A DNA stretch of 64,000 bases from Saprospiraceae bacterium (GTDB lineage: Bacteria > Bacteroidota > Bacteroidia > Chitinophagales > Saprospiraceae). Shown one piece after another: positions 41,162 to 52,900 of the stretch; position 1 is the first letter of the stretch, and each line of letters starts with the position of its first letter. The notes below the pieces were generated by a model that did not search any database, was not told the origin of the DNA, and saw nothing but the letters and a program-made list of their open reading frames with translations. The stretch covers positions 2,062,323 through 2,126,322 of the forward strand of contig OZ244050.1 of the NCBI GenBank assembly GCA_965215115.1, given 5' to 3'. The position numbers and the translations under genes are program-made.

Positions 41162-41668
41162 ATGAATCTGGACCTCGCCGCCGCCCGCGCCTTCCGCCCC
41201 GCCTCGATCGCGCTCACCGGCAATACCGCCAGAGACCGCCACCCCACCTTCGATGTCGGAGAGTTCCTCCCGCCGGAGGTGGGCGACTCAATCGAGGTCG
41301 CGCGCCTCGTGCTCGCGTCCACCACCGGAGACGTAGTGAGCATCCGGGCCACGCGCACGACGAACGGCTACGCCATCGACGTCTACGACGAGTACACCGC
41401 GGAGTACGAATACGGCTTCGAGGGCTACCGACGGGACTACGCCCAGATCCCGACGCAGGGCGAGATGATCGATCTCCTCACCGCAATGACCGTCGAGGAG
41501 GTGGCCATGTCGCCCGGGCAGCCGTACGTGCAAGCGGTGCTTGAGAACAACGAATTGTCGAGTATCGAGGAGGCGCTGGCGTTTCTACGAATCGACTCGC
41601 GACTGTACCCAGAGTTGAATAGTCTACTGCGAGCGTTTTTGGTGCAGGAGGGACTAAGCGCTGTGTAA
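41162..41668 (+). CDS. Hypothetical protein upstream of the helicase operon
   Basis: 168 aa from the internal ATG of ORF 41120..41668, with GC-rich codon usage. No domain recognised. Confidence 0.4.
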   Translation: MNLDLAAARAFRPASIALTGNTARDRHPTFDVGEFLPPEVGDSIEVARLVLASTTGDVVSIRATRTTNGYAIDVYDEYTAEYEYGFEGYRRDYAQIPTQGEMIDLLTAMTVEEVAMSPGQPYVQAVLENNELSSIEEALAFLRIDSRLYPELNSLLRAFLVQEGLSAV

Positions 41669-41802
41669 GCCCGGAGACCAACTGCTGCGAATTCGTATGT
41701 CTAGGCACAACGTGATGAGCAATCCGTGAACGCCCCTCCGGCTGATCCCACCCCGCAACCTACATTGCACGTCCACGTACCCTCCTCAGGGCAAGCGGCC
41801 GC

Positions 41803-44800
41803 ATGAACATCTTCCACACCCACCGGCGCATCGTCGCCGAGTACAAGCGCTACCTCGAGAGCTTCATCCACGTGCAGGACGAACTCATCGCCGCGCACAT
41901 CCAGGAGGCACTCGACGCCGGGAAGCTCTTTCCCGATCCGCTGATTCAGTTCAATCCGAGCTTCGCGTACGGGCCTTCGCTCGCGGAACTCGTCGCGGAG
42001 GGGTTGCTCCACCGCACGCTCGACGACATCTTCCGGGGCTACAGCCTCTACCAGCACCAGGTGGACGCCCTGCGGCTCGGGACCAGTGGCCAGGATTTTA
42101 TCGTGACCTCGGGGACGGGCTCGGGCAAGTCGCTCACCTACATCGCAGCCATCTTCGATCGCATCCTGCGCGCGCACGACGACGGCAGCTACCGTAAGGG
42201 CGTCAAGGCGGTGATCGTGTACCCGATGAACGCGCTCATCAACTCGCAGACCGAGGAGTTTCGCAAGTACCAGCGCAACTACCTCGAGCCGTTGGCGCCC
42301 GCGTCGCTCGACCGCGAAGGGCTAGCCAAGCTTCCGCTCGACGAGCAGGTGGCCGAACTGGAACGGGCTACCGGCGCCACTTTCCCGATCTCCTTCGCGC
42401 AGTACACCGGCCAGGAAGGCGAGGCCGTGCGCGACCGCGTGAAGGCCGACCCGCCCGACATCATCCTCACCAACTACATGATGTTGGAGCTGATGATGAC
42501 GCGCCTGGCCGAGGCGCCGCTGCGAGACTCGTTCAGGGCGAGCTTGGACTTTCTGGTCTTCGACGAGCTCCACACGTACCGCGGGCGCCAGGGCTCCGAT
42601 GTGGCGATGCTTATCCGACGGATTCAAGCGTTTACCGGGCGGCCCACGCAGTGTATCGGTACCTCGGCGACGATGTCTTCCGGGGGCGATAGCCTCGACG
42701 CGCAGAAGGAGACGGTGGCCGAGGTCGGCCAGCTGATTTTCGGGAAGCCTTTCGGCAAAACGCAGGTCGTCAACGAAACTTTGACCCGCGTGACGGCTTA
42801 TCGCGACGTGGTGCCGAGTCGAGAAGAACTCTCACTCTCGCTCGACCCACAATCGATGATCGACGGGGATGAAACGCAACTCAGGAATCACCCCCTCGCG
42901 CTCTGGCTCGAAGCCGAGATTGGTTTGGAGCAGATCAGTCCCAAGTGGCTGCGGCGGCGTACGCCCGTTACGATGGAACACGTGTACGAGGTTTTGGCGG
43001 AAGCCGCCCGCGTCACGGCCGACGAAGCCGAGGCCGCTATTAAGGCCCTGCTTGCCTGGTCGGAGAAGATCAATGAGCAGCTTAAGTCGCGCGGCATCCG
43101 TCGCGCTTACTTCCCGTTCCGACTTCACCAATTCATCTCCCAGACGGGCGGAGTTTACGTGACGCTCGATCCGCCGGAGACGCGCAACATCACGCTCGAA
43201 GCGGGCTACTTCATCCAGGGCAAGAACGCTGATCGGCAACGACTTTATCAAATCGTGTTTAGCCGGGTAAGTGGGCATGAGTTTATCTGCGTCCGAAAGA
43301 AGATCAGCGATCGCCTACTTTACGCCCGCGACTTCAATGATTACACGGACGATCCGGAGGAGGAAGACCTGATTGCGGGTTATCTCATTCCCGACAATGA
43401 AGACGATCCGATCTGGAGAGACGAGTTCGCCGAGCAACTGCCCACCGCCTGGATCCGGCGCTACAAGGATGGCGTGACGCGGGTCATTCCGAAGTACCGC
43501 GCCCGTATCCCCAACGCGATTTACTACAACGCCGATGGGCGTTTTGGCGAAAGCCCCGATGGCATTCCCGACGCACAGTTCGGGTGGTTTATGCCTACCA
43601 AGCTGCTCTTCGATCCGACCTCCGGCGTCTTCTTCGACGCGAAGTCTTCCGAAGGCTCGAAGTTGATGCGGCTCGGAAATGAAGGTCGTAGTACGGCCAC
43701 GACGACACTTTCGCTCGCCGCCGTCGATGCGCTTCGACTCGGTGGCTTGCCGGACGGCGACCAGAAGCTGCTCAGCTTTACCGACAACAGGCAGGACGCC
43801 TCGCTGCAGGCCGGGCACTTCAATGATTTCGTGAGCATCGGGCGTATTCGTTCGGCTATTTACCACGCGCTGCGTTTTGCGCCGGACCACATGCTTGGCG
43901 TCGACCACATTGCCGCCGCCGTGGTGCGGGCCCTCGCGCTCGAACAGGAGGAGTACGCCCAGGTGCCGGCGCGTTTTGCGGGCAAGCGCGCAGAGAATGA
44001 GTCCGCCCTGCAGGATTACCTCACGATCCGCGTGCTACAAGACCTTAAGCGGGGTTGGCGCTACACGATGCCCAACCTCGAACAGTGCGGCCTGCTCGAC
44101 ATCGGCTACCGCTACATAGAGGCCGAGTTGGACACCGACATCTGGACGGAGCTGCCGCTGCCGATCGTGGCGCAGATGAGTGTCGACGAGCGGCGGACCT
44201 TCTTCACGCAGACGCTCGACTACATCCGCACCTCGAATGCGATCTACCACCGCTACTTCGTGGAAGACCAGGTGACGGTGGCGAACGCCATCAAGAACAA
44301 GCTCACCGGCGCCTGGACCCTCGGCGAGCAGGAGCGGCTGGAGTCGCCCAACTACATGCGCTACCAGAGTGTGGGGCGTGTCCGCAGAACGCATACCGCG
44401 AGTATGGGCAAGGCTAGTAATTGGGGGCGTTACGTTTCGCAAATTCACCAACACCAAACTGGTGAATCGCTCAGCCAGAAGGACTTCGAAGGTTTTGCCG
44501 AAAGGCTACTCGACCTGCTCAGCCAAATGGGACTGTTGCGCGCGAAAGCCATTCAGGGCGAGACCGGCGAAACGACCGCCTACATCCTCGACGCCAATGC
44601 CATAGAGTGGCGCCTGGGGAAGGGCGAAACGGTGCGGCCCGACCTCGTGCGCCGCCGCTCTTACCTCGGAGACGCCCCGACGCCCGCGCCGAATACCTAC
44701 TTCGAGGAGTTTTACCGTCGCGACTTCACCGTCCGTAAAGACCTCGTGGCCGCGGAACACACCGGGCAAGTCCAACACCAAGATCGGATTGATCGCGAAG

Positions 44801-47019
44801 AGCGCTTCCGGGCCGGCACCATCCGCGCGCTGTACTGTAGTCCCACGATGGAGCTCGGCATCGACATCGCCAACCTCAACATCGTCCACCTGCGCAACGT
44901 GCCGCCCAATCCGGCCAACTACGCGCAACGCAGCGGCCGCGCCGGGCGAAGTGGCCAGGGAGCGCTCGTGATCACATACTGCAGCCAGCTCAGCGCGCAC
45001 GACCGACACTACTTCCAGCACCCCGCCGAGATGGTGGCCGGCGTGGTAGTGGCCCCGCGGCTCAACCTTGACAACGAGGAGCTGCTCCGCTCGCACATCC
45101 AGGCGACGTACCTGCTCGAATCCGGCATCAACATCACGAAGAGCGTCACCGAGGTAATCGATCTCGAGGACGAGCAACTCGGTTTGAATGCGGATACCAA
45201 GCACAAACTGCAAGCCGGACATCGCGCACGTAGCGAGAAAGTCGTGCATCTGTTTACGGACATTTTGCAACGCGACAAGGTGTTGGCGGGTGTGCTTTCG
45301 CCAAAACAACTGGCCGCCATCGTAGACGAGTGTCCGCAGAACTTTGACCGGGCGTTTAACCGCTGGCGAGAGCTCTACCGCAACACCCTACGCCTGGCCG
45401 ACGACGCCCACCGCATTAAGACGGGCTCACTCTACGCTGCCGATTCCGACGAGCGCAAACAGGCTAATATTAACGCCCGCGTCGCCTACAAGCAGCTCGA
45501 GGAACTCAAGAACGATTACGAGCGCTACACGGGCACGCTGTCGGAGTTTTACCCCTTCCGCTACCTCGCTTCGGAAGGATTTCTGCCGGGTTACAACTTC
45601 ACGCGCCTGCCGATCCGCGCGGCCATCAACGGCTACGAATCGGCGCAATTCCTCAGTCGTCCGCGCCTGCTGGCGCTCCAGGAGTTTGGCCCGCGCAACA
45701 TCATTTACCACAACGGGCAGAGCTACGAGATCGACCGGCTCAACATCACCGATGTCGAGGGCCAGCGCGTGAGCGCAAAGGTGGCCCGGACCTCGGGCTA
45801 CATCTTGATGGGCGACGAGTTCAATCGCGAGACCGACCCGATCAACCCGAACGTCAACCTCAACTCCGGCGGCGGGACCATCCTCACCAACCTGATCGAG
45901 ATGCGCGAGACCGGCACCCGGGTGCTCAACCGCATCACGAGCGAAGAGGAGGAGCGCCGGCGCACCGGTTACGTCATCGAGACCTACTTCTCGCTGCCGC
46001 AGGGCCGCGCGGGTTGTGATACGATCTACGTCAAGTCGGCCGGAGAGACCTTGCTGGAGATCCTCTACATGCCGACGGCCAACATCGTGCAGGTCAACAA
46101 GTCGGAGCGCCGCACCGAACGCGAGCAGTTCTTAATCGACAAGACCTACGGCTACTGGAAGCGCGACACCGACGCCGACAACGACGACAAGGGCCGCATC
46201 ATCCCGGTGAGCCTCTACACCTCGATCACCACCAACGCGCTCTACATCCAGCCCACCGCCAAGCTCGGGCTCGAGGAAGATCAGGTGATCACGTTGAAGT
46301 ACGCTTTCAAGCGTGCTATCGAAGAACGCTACCAAGTCGAAGGCAACGAGATCGGCGTGACACTCATGGGTGACGGCCAGGTGGCCAACATCATGCTCTA
46401 CGAAAGTTCGGAGGGCAGCCTCGGGGTATTGAGCCAACTGGTGGCCTCGCCGCAGGAGTTCCAGGCACTCGTGCGACGCGCCTACGAGCTGTGCTACTTC
46501 GACAAGGGTGAAGACCTCAAGCCAGAACTCGGCCCCGCCACCTACAACGACCTGCTGAGCTACTATAACCAGCGCGATCACGAGGTGATCGACCGGCACC
46601 GCATCAAAGAGCCGCTGGAGGATCTGATGAAAACTACTATCGAGATCGGCGGGCGCGGCACCGTTGGCGATTACGATGCACAGTACAAACACCTGCTGGC
46701 CAACTACGACGAGTCGAGTAGCACGGAGCGGCAATTTCTCGATGGTTTGTACAAACTCGGACTGCGCCTGCCCGACGAGGCCCAACCGAGCCTGAAAGAT
46801 GTTGAAGGCCTGTACGTCACGCCCGACTTCCGCTACGACCGGCACGTGTACGTGTTCTGCGACGGTACGCCCCACGACCGTGAGGACGTGCGGGCCGACG
46901 ACCACCGCAAGCGGCGCGCGCTGCGTGACCGTGGCCTGCGCTCCATCATCTATCACTACCGCGACTCCCTTGACGATCTCGTCAAGGCGAATGCCGATGT
47001 CTTTACTTCCGTCAAATGA
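41803..47019 (+). CDS. Giant DEAD/DEAH-box helicase fused to a DUF1998-type domain and a C-terminal DUF559/Vsr-like module (DrmA+DrmB-like)
   Basis: 1738 aa. Helicase motifs TSGTGSGKS, VFDELH, GTSATM, QRSGRAGRSG. DUF1998-like block FYPFRYLASEGFLPGYNFTRLP...LYESSEGSLGVL. Tail TPDFRYDRHVYVFCDGTPHD...RRALRDRGLRSIIY. Confidence 0.85.
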   Translation: MNIFHTHRRIVAEYKRYLESFIHVQDELIAAHIQEALDAGKLFPDPLIQFNPSFAYGPSLAELVAEGLLHRTLDDIFRGYSLYQHQVDALRLGTSGQDFIVTSGTGSGKSLTYIAAIFDRILRAHDDGSYRKGVKAVIVYPMNALINSQTEEFRKYQRNYLEPLAPASLDREGLAKLPLDEQVAELERATGATFPISFAQYTGQEGEAVRDRVKADPPDIILTNYMMLELMMTRLAEAPLRDSFRASLDFLVFDELHTYRGRQGSDVAMLIRRIQAFTGRPTQCIGTSATMSSGGDSLDAQKETVAEVGQLIFGKPFGKTQVVNETLTRVTAYRDVVPSREELSLSLDPQSMIDGDETQLRNHPLALWLEAEIGLEQISPKWLRRRTPVTMEHVYEVLAEAARVTADEAEAAIKALLAWSEKINEQLKSRGIRRAYFPFRLHQFISQTGGVYVTLDPPETRNITLEAGYFIQGKNADRQRLYQIVFSRVSGHEFICVRKKISDRLLYARDFNDYTDDPEEEDLIAGYLIPDNEDDPIWRDEFAEQLPTAWIRRYKDGVTRVIPKYRARIPNAIYYNADGRFGESPDGIPDAQFGWFMPTKLLFDPTSGVFFDAKSSEGSKLMRLGNEGRSTATTTLSLAAVDALRLGGLPDGDQKLLSFTDNRQDASLQAGHFNDFVSIGRIRSAIYHALRFAPDHMLGVDHIAAAVVRALALEQEEYAQVPARFAGKRAENESALQDYLTIRVLQDLKRGWRYTMPNLEQCGLLDIGYRYIEAELDTDIWTELPLPIVAQMSVDERRTFFTQTLDYIRTSNAIYHRYFVEDQVTVANAIKNKLTGAWTLGEQERLESPNYMRYQSVGRVRRTHTASMGKASNWGRYVSQIHQHQTGESLSQKDFEGFAERLLDLLSQMGLLRAKAIQGETGETTAYILDANAIEWRLGKGETVRPDLVRRRSYLGDAPTPAPNTYFEEFYRRDFTVRKDLVAAEHTGQVQHQDRIDREERFRAGTIRALYCSPTMELGIDIANLNIVHLRNVPPNPANYAQRSGRAGRSGQGALVITYCSQLSAHDRHYFQHPAEMVAGVVVAPRLNLDNEELLRSHIQATYLLESGINITKSVTEVIDLEDEQLGLNADTKHKLQAGHRARSEKVVHLFTDILQRDKVLAGVLSPKQLAAIVDECPQNFDRAFNRWRELYRNTLRLADDAHRIKTGSLYAADSDERKQANINARVAYKQLEELKNDYERYTGTLSEFYPFRYLASEGFLPGYNFTRLPIRAAINGYESAQFLSRPRLLALQEFGPRNIIYHNGQSYEIDRLNITDVEGQRVSAKVARTSGYILMGDEFNRETDPINPNVNLNSGGGTILTNLIEMRETGTRVLNRITSEEEERRRTGYVIETYFSLPQGRAGCDTIYVKSAGETLLEILYMPTANIVQVNKSERRTEREQFLIDKTYGYWKRDTDADNDDKGRIIPVSLYTSITTNALYIQPTAKLGLEEDQVITLKYAFKRAIEERYQVEGNEIGVTLMGDGQVANIMLYESSEGSLGVLSQLVASPQEFQALVRRAYELCYFDKGEDLKPELGPATYNDLLSYYNQRDHEVIDRHRIKEPLEDLMKTTIEIGGRGTVGDYDAQYKHLLANYDESSSTERQFLDGLYKLGLRLPDEAQPSLKDVEGLYVTPDFRYDRHVYVFCDGTPHDREDVRADDHRKRRALRDRGLRSIIYHYRDSLDDLVKANADVFTSVK

Positions 47020-49940
47020 TCGACGCCAGAGAGTTCAAGCCCGGCAAACTCGTCCGGCTCCGCCGCCGCGAGTGGATCGTGCAGCCGACCGAGGACCGGG
47101 ACGTGTTGCGCATCAAACCGCTCGGCGGCGCCGAGGAGGAGACGACCGGCATCTACCTGCCCTTTGCGTTCGAGAACGAGCGCATCGAGGAGTATTACTT
47201 TCCGCTACCCGAACGCGAGGACTTCGGTGATCTGGCCAGTGCCCGGCTGCTCTACGACGCCGTGCGCCTCGGCTTTCGCGACGCCTCGGGGCCTTTCCGC
47301 TCGATTGCCAAGTTCAACTTTCAACCACGGGCCTACCAGATGGTGCCGCTCATTTTGGCCTTGCGCCAGGAAGGACCGGTGCGGCTCTTCATCGCTGACG
47401 ATGTCGGGATCGGCAAGACGATCGAGAGCCTGATGGTGGCTCGGGAGATGCTCGACCGTGGGCTCGTCAAGCGCGTTGCAGTCGTTTGCCTGCCGCACCT
47501 CTGCGAGCAGTGGCAACAGGAGATGCGCGACAAGTTCGGTTTGGAGGCGGTGATCGTGCGCAGCTCCACGGCGGCTACGCTCGATCGCAAGACCCCCGGC
47601 GACATCAGTGCTTTTGCGCACTATCCCTTCCAGGTCGTGAGCATCGACTACGTCAAGACGGCGAAGCGGATCGACAGTTTTGTGGCGGATTGCCCGGGGC
47701 TAGTAATCGTGGACGAGGTGCACACGGCCTCGGCGAGCCCGGGGGCCGGTCGGCAGCAGCGGCACCATTTGCTGCGACAGCTGAGCGAGAAGCCGAACCA
47801 GAATCTTTTGCTGCTCTCGGCCACGCCCCACAGCGGCAAGCCGGAGGAGTTCCAATCGTTGCTCGGACTCCTGGCCCCGGGGTTTGCCTGCATCGAGATC
47901 GGTAAAGCGACCGACGCGGAGCGCCGCCGTTTGGCTGCCCACTACGTGCAGCGGCGGCGCAAGGATATCGAGCGTTGGGAGGGCGATAAGCTCAAGGAGA
48001 CGAAGCTTACTTTCCCGAAGCGCGATCCTAGAGAGGTGGCCTATCCTATGAGTCCGGAGTACCTACAGCTTCAGTACGACGTGATGCGGCTTGCGCAAAA
48101 ACTCGCGACCAAGGATGAGTCTAAGACGCAGCGTAAGCGGCTCAATTACTGGACGGCGCTGGGCTTGTTGCGTGGGGTGATGAGTAGTCCGGCGGCGGGG
48201 ATTACGATGCTGAATAATCGGGCGCGGAAGGTGGCCGAGGATGACGACGACGAGGGCGGCTATGAAAGTGCCGACGGTGATGGCGAACGTCAAGAATCAG
48301 ACGCCGCCACCCTACTCGCCGAGGCCAACGACAATCCCGTGATCGAAAACGATTTCGACTGGGGGCGCGACCTGGAGCCGGAACTCTACGAGACCGAAAC
48401 CGGCGAGAGCACTACGCTGCGCAAGCACCGCCACGAGTTGTCGAGCCAACTCCAGCACATTCACAAAGAAGGGCTCGACCTGAAGGTGAAGGCGCTCGTC
48501 ACGCTCGTGAAGCAATGGCACAAGGACGGCTTCTCGCCCATCGTCTACTGCCGCTACATCCGCACGGCCGAGTACGTGGGGCAGGTTTTGGCGAAAGCCT
48601 TCCCGAAAAAGGTGGGCATCGCGACCGTCACCAGCAAGGTGCCCGACGAGGAGCGACAGGCGGCCGTCGACAAACTCGGCGACCACGAGCTGCGCGTGCT
48701 GGTGGCCACCGATTGTATGAGCGAGGGCATCAACCTCCAGCGCTACTTCACGGCCATCATCCACTACGATCTGCCGTGGAACCCGAACCGCCTCGAACAG
48801 CGCGAGGGCCGCGTGGATCGCTTCGGCCAGACGGCCCCCGTCGTGCGCACGGCGCTGCTCTACGGCGAGGACAATCCCATGGACGGCATCGTGCTCAAGG
48901 TGCTGCTCCGTAAGGCGCGCGAGATCAAGCGGGCCATTGGGGTGAGCGTCCCGTTTCCGGAAAACAACCAGAGCATCATGGACGCCGTCACGCAGGCGGT
49001 GTTGCTGAAGGCGCCACCCTCGCCCGGCGGGATGCAACTCGGCATCTTCGACCAACTGGCCGAGGTCAACGAGAAGGCGGCCGAGGTGGAGATTGCCTAC
49101 AGACGCATCGAAGAGGTCGAGGTGGCCACGCGCAGCATCTTCGCGCAATACGCCGTCAAGGCCCAGGATATCGACCAAGACCTCGCCGACGCCATCCGCC
49201 TCATCGGCGACATGGACAGCGTCGAGCAGTTCGTGCTGCGCGCCGTGACGCACCTGGGCGGCAACTACAAGCCGCGCAAAGGCGGCTACCGCATCGAGCG
49301 GGAGGGTATGCCGGTGGGCGTCGATCACCTCTTCGGTGACGGCAAGAACCTCGACGTGAGTTTCGCGACGCCTACCCCAGAGGGCTTCCGCTACGTGGCG
49401 CGCAATCATCCGCTGGTGGACAGCCTCAGCCAGGTGCTTATGTCGGAAGCGATGGCGGAGGCCGATGGTGAGTTGCCGCTTTCGCAAAACCGCGTCCGCC
49501 GCACGGCCGTCGTCCGCACCGCCGCCGTGACGCGCACCACGACGCTGTTGCTGTTGCGCGTGCGCAATGTGATCGAGCGCACGGATATGAATCGCCAGCA
49601 GTTGGTAGCCGAGGAGCTGATGCTCAAAGGCTACCGCGGCACGCCGCCCGACCTGGAGTGGCTGCCCGAGGAGGAGAGCCTGGCCCTGCTCCAAACCGAG
49701 GCCAGCGCCGAGGTGGCCGCCGTCGAGAAGCGCGAGGCCATCGACGATGCACTCAATGATTACACGGCGCTCAAGGACGTGCTGAACGGGTTCGGGCGCG
49801 AGCAGGCCGAGCGCCTCGTCGAGGCCCACGATCGCTTCCGGGCCGCCGTCAAGGGGCCGCGCCGCTACCAGGTGGTCGAGCCCATCCTGCCCATGGACCT
49901 GATGGGCGTCTACGTCTTCATCCCCGATCGCACGCAGTAA
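47016..49940 (+). CDS. SNF2-family helicase (DrmD-like)
   Basis: 974 aa. Motifs ADDVGIGKTIE, VIVDEVHTAS, LLLSATPHSGK, QREGRVDRFGQ. ATGA overlap with the upstream gene. Confidence 0.85.
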   Translation: MIDAREFKPGKLVRLRRREWIVQPTEDRDVLRIKPLGGAEEETTGIYLPFAFENERIEEYYFPLPEREDFGDLASARLLYDAVRLGFRDASGPFRSIAKFNFQPRAYQMVPLILALRQEGPVRLFIADDVGIGKTIESLMVAREMLDRGLVKRVAVVCLPHLCEQWQQEMRDKFGLEAVIVRSSTAATLDRKTPGDISAFAHYPFQVVSIDYVKTAKRIDSFVADCPGLVIVDEVHTASASPGAGRQQRHHLLRQLSEKPNQNLLLLSATPHSGKPEEFQSLLGLLAPGFACIEIGKATDAERRRLAAHYVQRRRKDIERWEGDKLKETKLTFPKRDPREVAYPMSPEYLQLQYDVMRLAQKLATKDESKTQRKRLNYWTALGLLRGVMSSPAAGITMLNNRARKVAEDDDDEGGYESADGDGERQESDAATLLAEANDNPVIENDFDWGRDLEPELYETETGESTTLRKHRHELSSQLQHIHKEGLDLKVKALVTLVKQWHKDGFSPIVYCRYIRTAEYVGQVLAKAFPKKVGIATVTSKVPDEERQAAVDKLGDHELRVLVATDCMSEGINLQRYFTAIIHYDLPWNPNRLEQREGRVDRFGQTAPVVRTALLYGEDNPMDGIVLKVLLRKAREIKRAIGVSVPFPENNQSIMDAVTQAVLLKAPPSPGGMQLGIFDQLAEVNEKAAEVEIAYRRIEEVEVATRSIFAQYAVKAQDIDQDLADAIRLIGDMDSVEQFVLRAVTHLGGNYKPRKGGYRIEREGMPVGVDHLFGDGKNLDVSFATPTPEGFRYVARNHPLVDSLSQVLMSEAMAEADGELPLSQNRVRRTAVVRTAAVTRTTTLLLLRVRNVIERTDMNRQQLVAEELMLKGYRGTPPDLEWLPEEESLALLQTEASAEVAAVEKREAIDDALNDYTALKDVLNGFGREQAERLVEAHDRFRAAVKGPRRYQVVEPILPMDLMGVYVFIPDRTQ

Positions 49941-52900
49941 TGGCCACGAAGTTCCCGTCCGTCACCCTCCAGGGCAACATCCTCACCTTCGAGGCGCTCG
50001 AGAAGATCGCCGCCGGCAAAGACGATGGCGATATGCCGCGGCAGACGGCGCGCGAGTACGGTTTCGCGAGTGAGCAAGAGCTGCGCAGCGAGATTCAGGG
50101 GCAGTGGGCTGTCGCCAAAACCCAGTACACCGCTTTCCAGCAGCAGGTCGAGCGATTAAAGGATTCTGAGCCCGGTACCACCAAAACTCGGAGCGGTTGG
50201 ATGATACCGCTACTCAGTTTGTTGGGCCACGATCTGCGCTACCAGGCCAAGGCGCAAGAGATCGACGGGCGGGCGTACGCCATTAGCCACGTGGCTAGTG
50301 CGACCGCCGAAACAGGTTTTGGCGAAATCGAAGATTCGCGCAAGCAAAGCCGCAAAACCGACGCCCCGAGCACCAACTTCCCCGTGCACATCGTCGGCGC
50401 CAACCAAAGCCTCGACCGCCGGGGCGAGGGCATGCGCATGAGTCCGCACGCCCTGGTGCAGGAATTTCTCAATCGTCACGAGAGCCTCTACGCCATCGTC
50501 ACCAACGGCAAGTCGCTGCGCCTGCTGCGCGACAGCGCCAACCTCACCAAACTGAGCTACGTCGAGTTTGATTTGACGCGACTGTTCGGCGAGGACCTCT
50601 TCACCGACTTCGCGCTGCTCTATCGCCTGCTGCACATCAGTCGCCTGCCGGAGGAGCCGACTGCCGGGGCGGACAGTATCCTGGAGAAGTATCACCAGGA
50701 GGCGCTGAAGTCCGGGTCGCGCATCCGGAGCAAACTCAGTGAGGCCGTCGAGCGGGGCATCGTGATGCTGGCCAACGGGCTGCTCGCCAATGCGGACAAC
50801 CACGCCCTGCGGCAGTGGGCCGCCGAGCAGCCGGACGCGCCGGCCGCCTACTACGAGGCGCTGCTGAAGCTCATCTACCGCCTGCTGTTCGTGATGGTGA
50901 TCGAGGAGCGCGACCTCATCTTCCCACCGCCCGAGACCCGGGCAGACGATGGGCTAGACGGCCTGCGCGGCCCGCAGCCGATGGCCCACCGCGACGTGTA
51001 CTACCAGTTTTACTCGCTGAAGCGCCTGCGTGGCCTGGCCCTCAACCACCGCCTCGCCAACGCGCGCGAGTACGACCTGTGGGAGAGCTTGCGCAACACC
51101 TTCGCGCTGTTTGAGCCCGGGGGTACCGGCGCCAAACTCGGTATTGGCCCGCTGGCAGGGAGTCTGTTCGGGACGCAGGCGCTGAGCGCCTTGCAGGGCG
51201 GGCGCGTCAACAACCGCGTGCTGCTGGAGTGCCTACGGGGCCTTAGCCAGTTTGACAATGGCCAGGGCGGCGTGATGCCGGTCAACTACGCGAGTCTCGA
51301 CGTGGAGGAGTTCGGTTCGGTGTACGAGGGCCTGTTGGAGTACGCACCGCACATCGACCCGAAAACGCTGGAGTTCCGGTTTGTCAAGGGCCAGGACCGC
51401 AGCAGCAGCGGTAGCCACTACACGCCTGACGAGTTGGTGCAGCCGCTCATCAAACATAGTCTCGAGCACCTGATCGCGGATCGGACGGTGGCCCCGGATG
51501 CGGCCGAGCCTAAACGCGAGGCCGCGATTCAGCAACTGCTGCAACTCAAGGTGACCGACGTGACCTGCGGCAGCGGCCACATCTTGCTAGCGGCAGCGCG
51601 ACGCATCGGCCTGGAAGTCTCGCGCCTGCGCAGCCAGGAGGAGCAGCCCAATCCCATGGCCATTCGCGAGGGCACCCGCGACGCCATCCAGCGCTGCATC
51701 TACGGGGTCGACCGCAATCCGCTGGCCGTCGAACTTTGCAAGGTGGCGCTCTGGCTGGAGGCGCATGTCCCGGGCCGTCCGCTCGGCTTTCTCGACCACC
51801 GCATCAAGTGCGGCGACGCGATCGTGGGCGTGGGTCACCTCGAAGACTTGCAGAAGGGTATTCCGACGGAGGCTTTCAAAACGTTCACTTCAGAAGAGAA
51901 GTCACTTGGGGCAGCATTACGCAAGCGTAACCAGAAGGAGCGCAAGGACCGGGAAGCTCGGGTCGGGGGAGATTACCAGACGAATTTGTTAAGCGAGCAA
52001 TTTAGCGTCAAAGACCGTTTGGCCGCCTTTCGGCAAAACTTCGCCCGTTTTGCCGAGATGCCCGAGCGCACGGTGGCGGAGATTGAGGAGAAGGAGGCGG
52101 CGTACAGGAAGTTGAGCCAGGGCAGTAACTGGTGGTTTATCAAAACCCTGTGTGACGTGCAGATCGCGCAGTTTTTTATTCCGAAGACGGATGATAAGCG
52201 GGTGGTGACAGACAGTCGGTTTTTTGAGATGATGCGTGGGGCAAGGGATACGCAGGCGGAAGGTGCGGCGGTGTCGGAGAGCAGTGAGCGACGCTTTTTT
52301 CACTGGTTTTTGGAATTTCCGGAGGTGTTTGCGGGGGGGGGCTTTGATTGTGTGTTGGGGAATCCGCCTTTTTTGGGGGGGCTAAAAATTCCCGACAAAA
52401 TTGATGAAATTGCACACGAATACTTACAAAGTATGTTTCATGCATCTGGAAGAGCAGATTTAGTCTCCTACTTTTTTCGCAGGACATACACCCTTATCGG
52501 ATCTGCTGGTAAAATTAGTCTCTTAGCGACTAATACGATCTCCCAAGGTGACACTCGAATCGCAGGACTTCAGAGCATATTAAAGCTTGGTGGAGTAATT
52601 AACTTTGCCATACCCTCAATAGTATGGCCAGGAGCCGCAGAAGTAAGAGTTGCGAGCGTATCACTTTCAACTAAATCCGGCGCTTCAGCCAAGAAATATA
52701 TAGGTTCATCAGAAGTCACATTCATTAGCAGCTATCTTGATTCCGCGCCGGAGTTACATCCATACAAGATCAAAAGTAACAAAAATGAATCCTTTCAAGG
52801 TGACAACGTTGCAGGATTAGGGTTCTCTATTACCCGATCAGAGGTCAAAACTATGATTGAGTCGGATCCGAAAAATGAGCAGGTTTTATTTCCATACATC

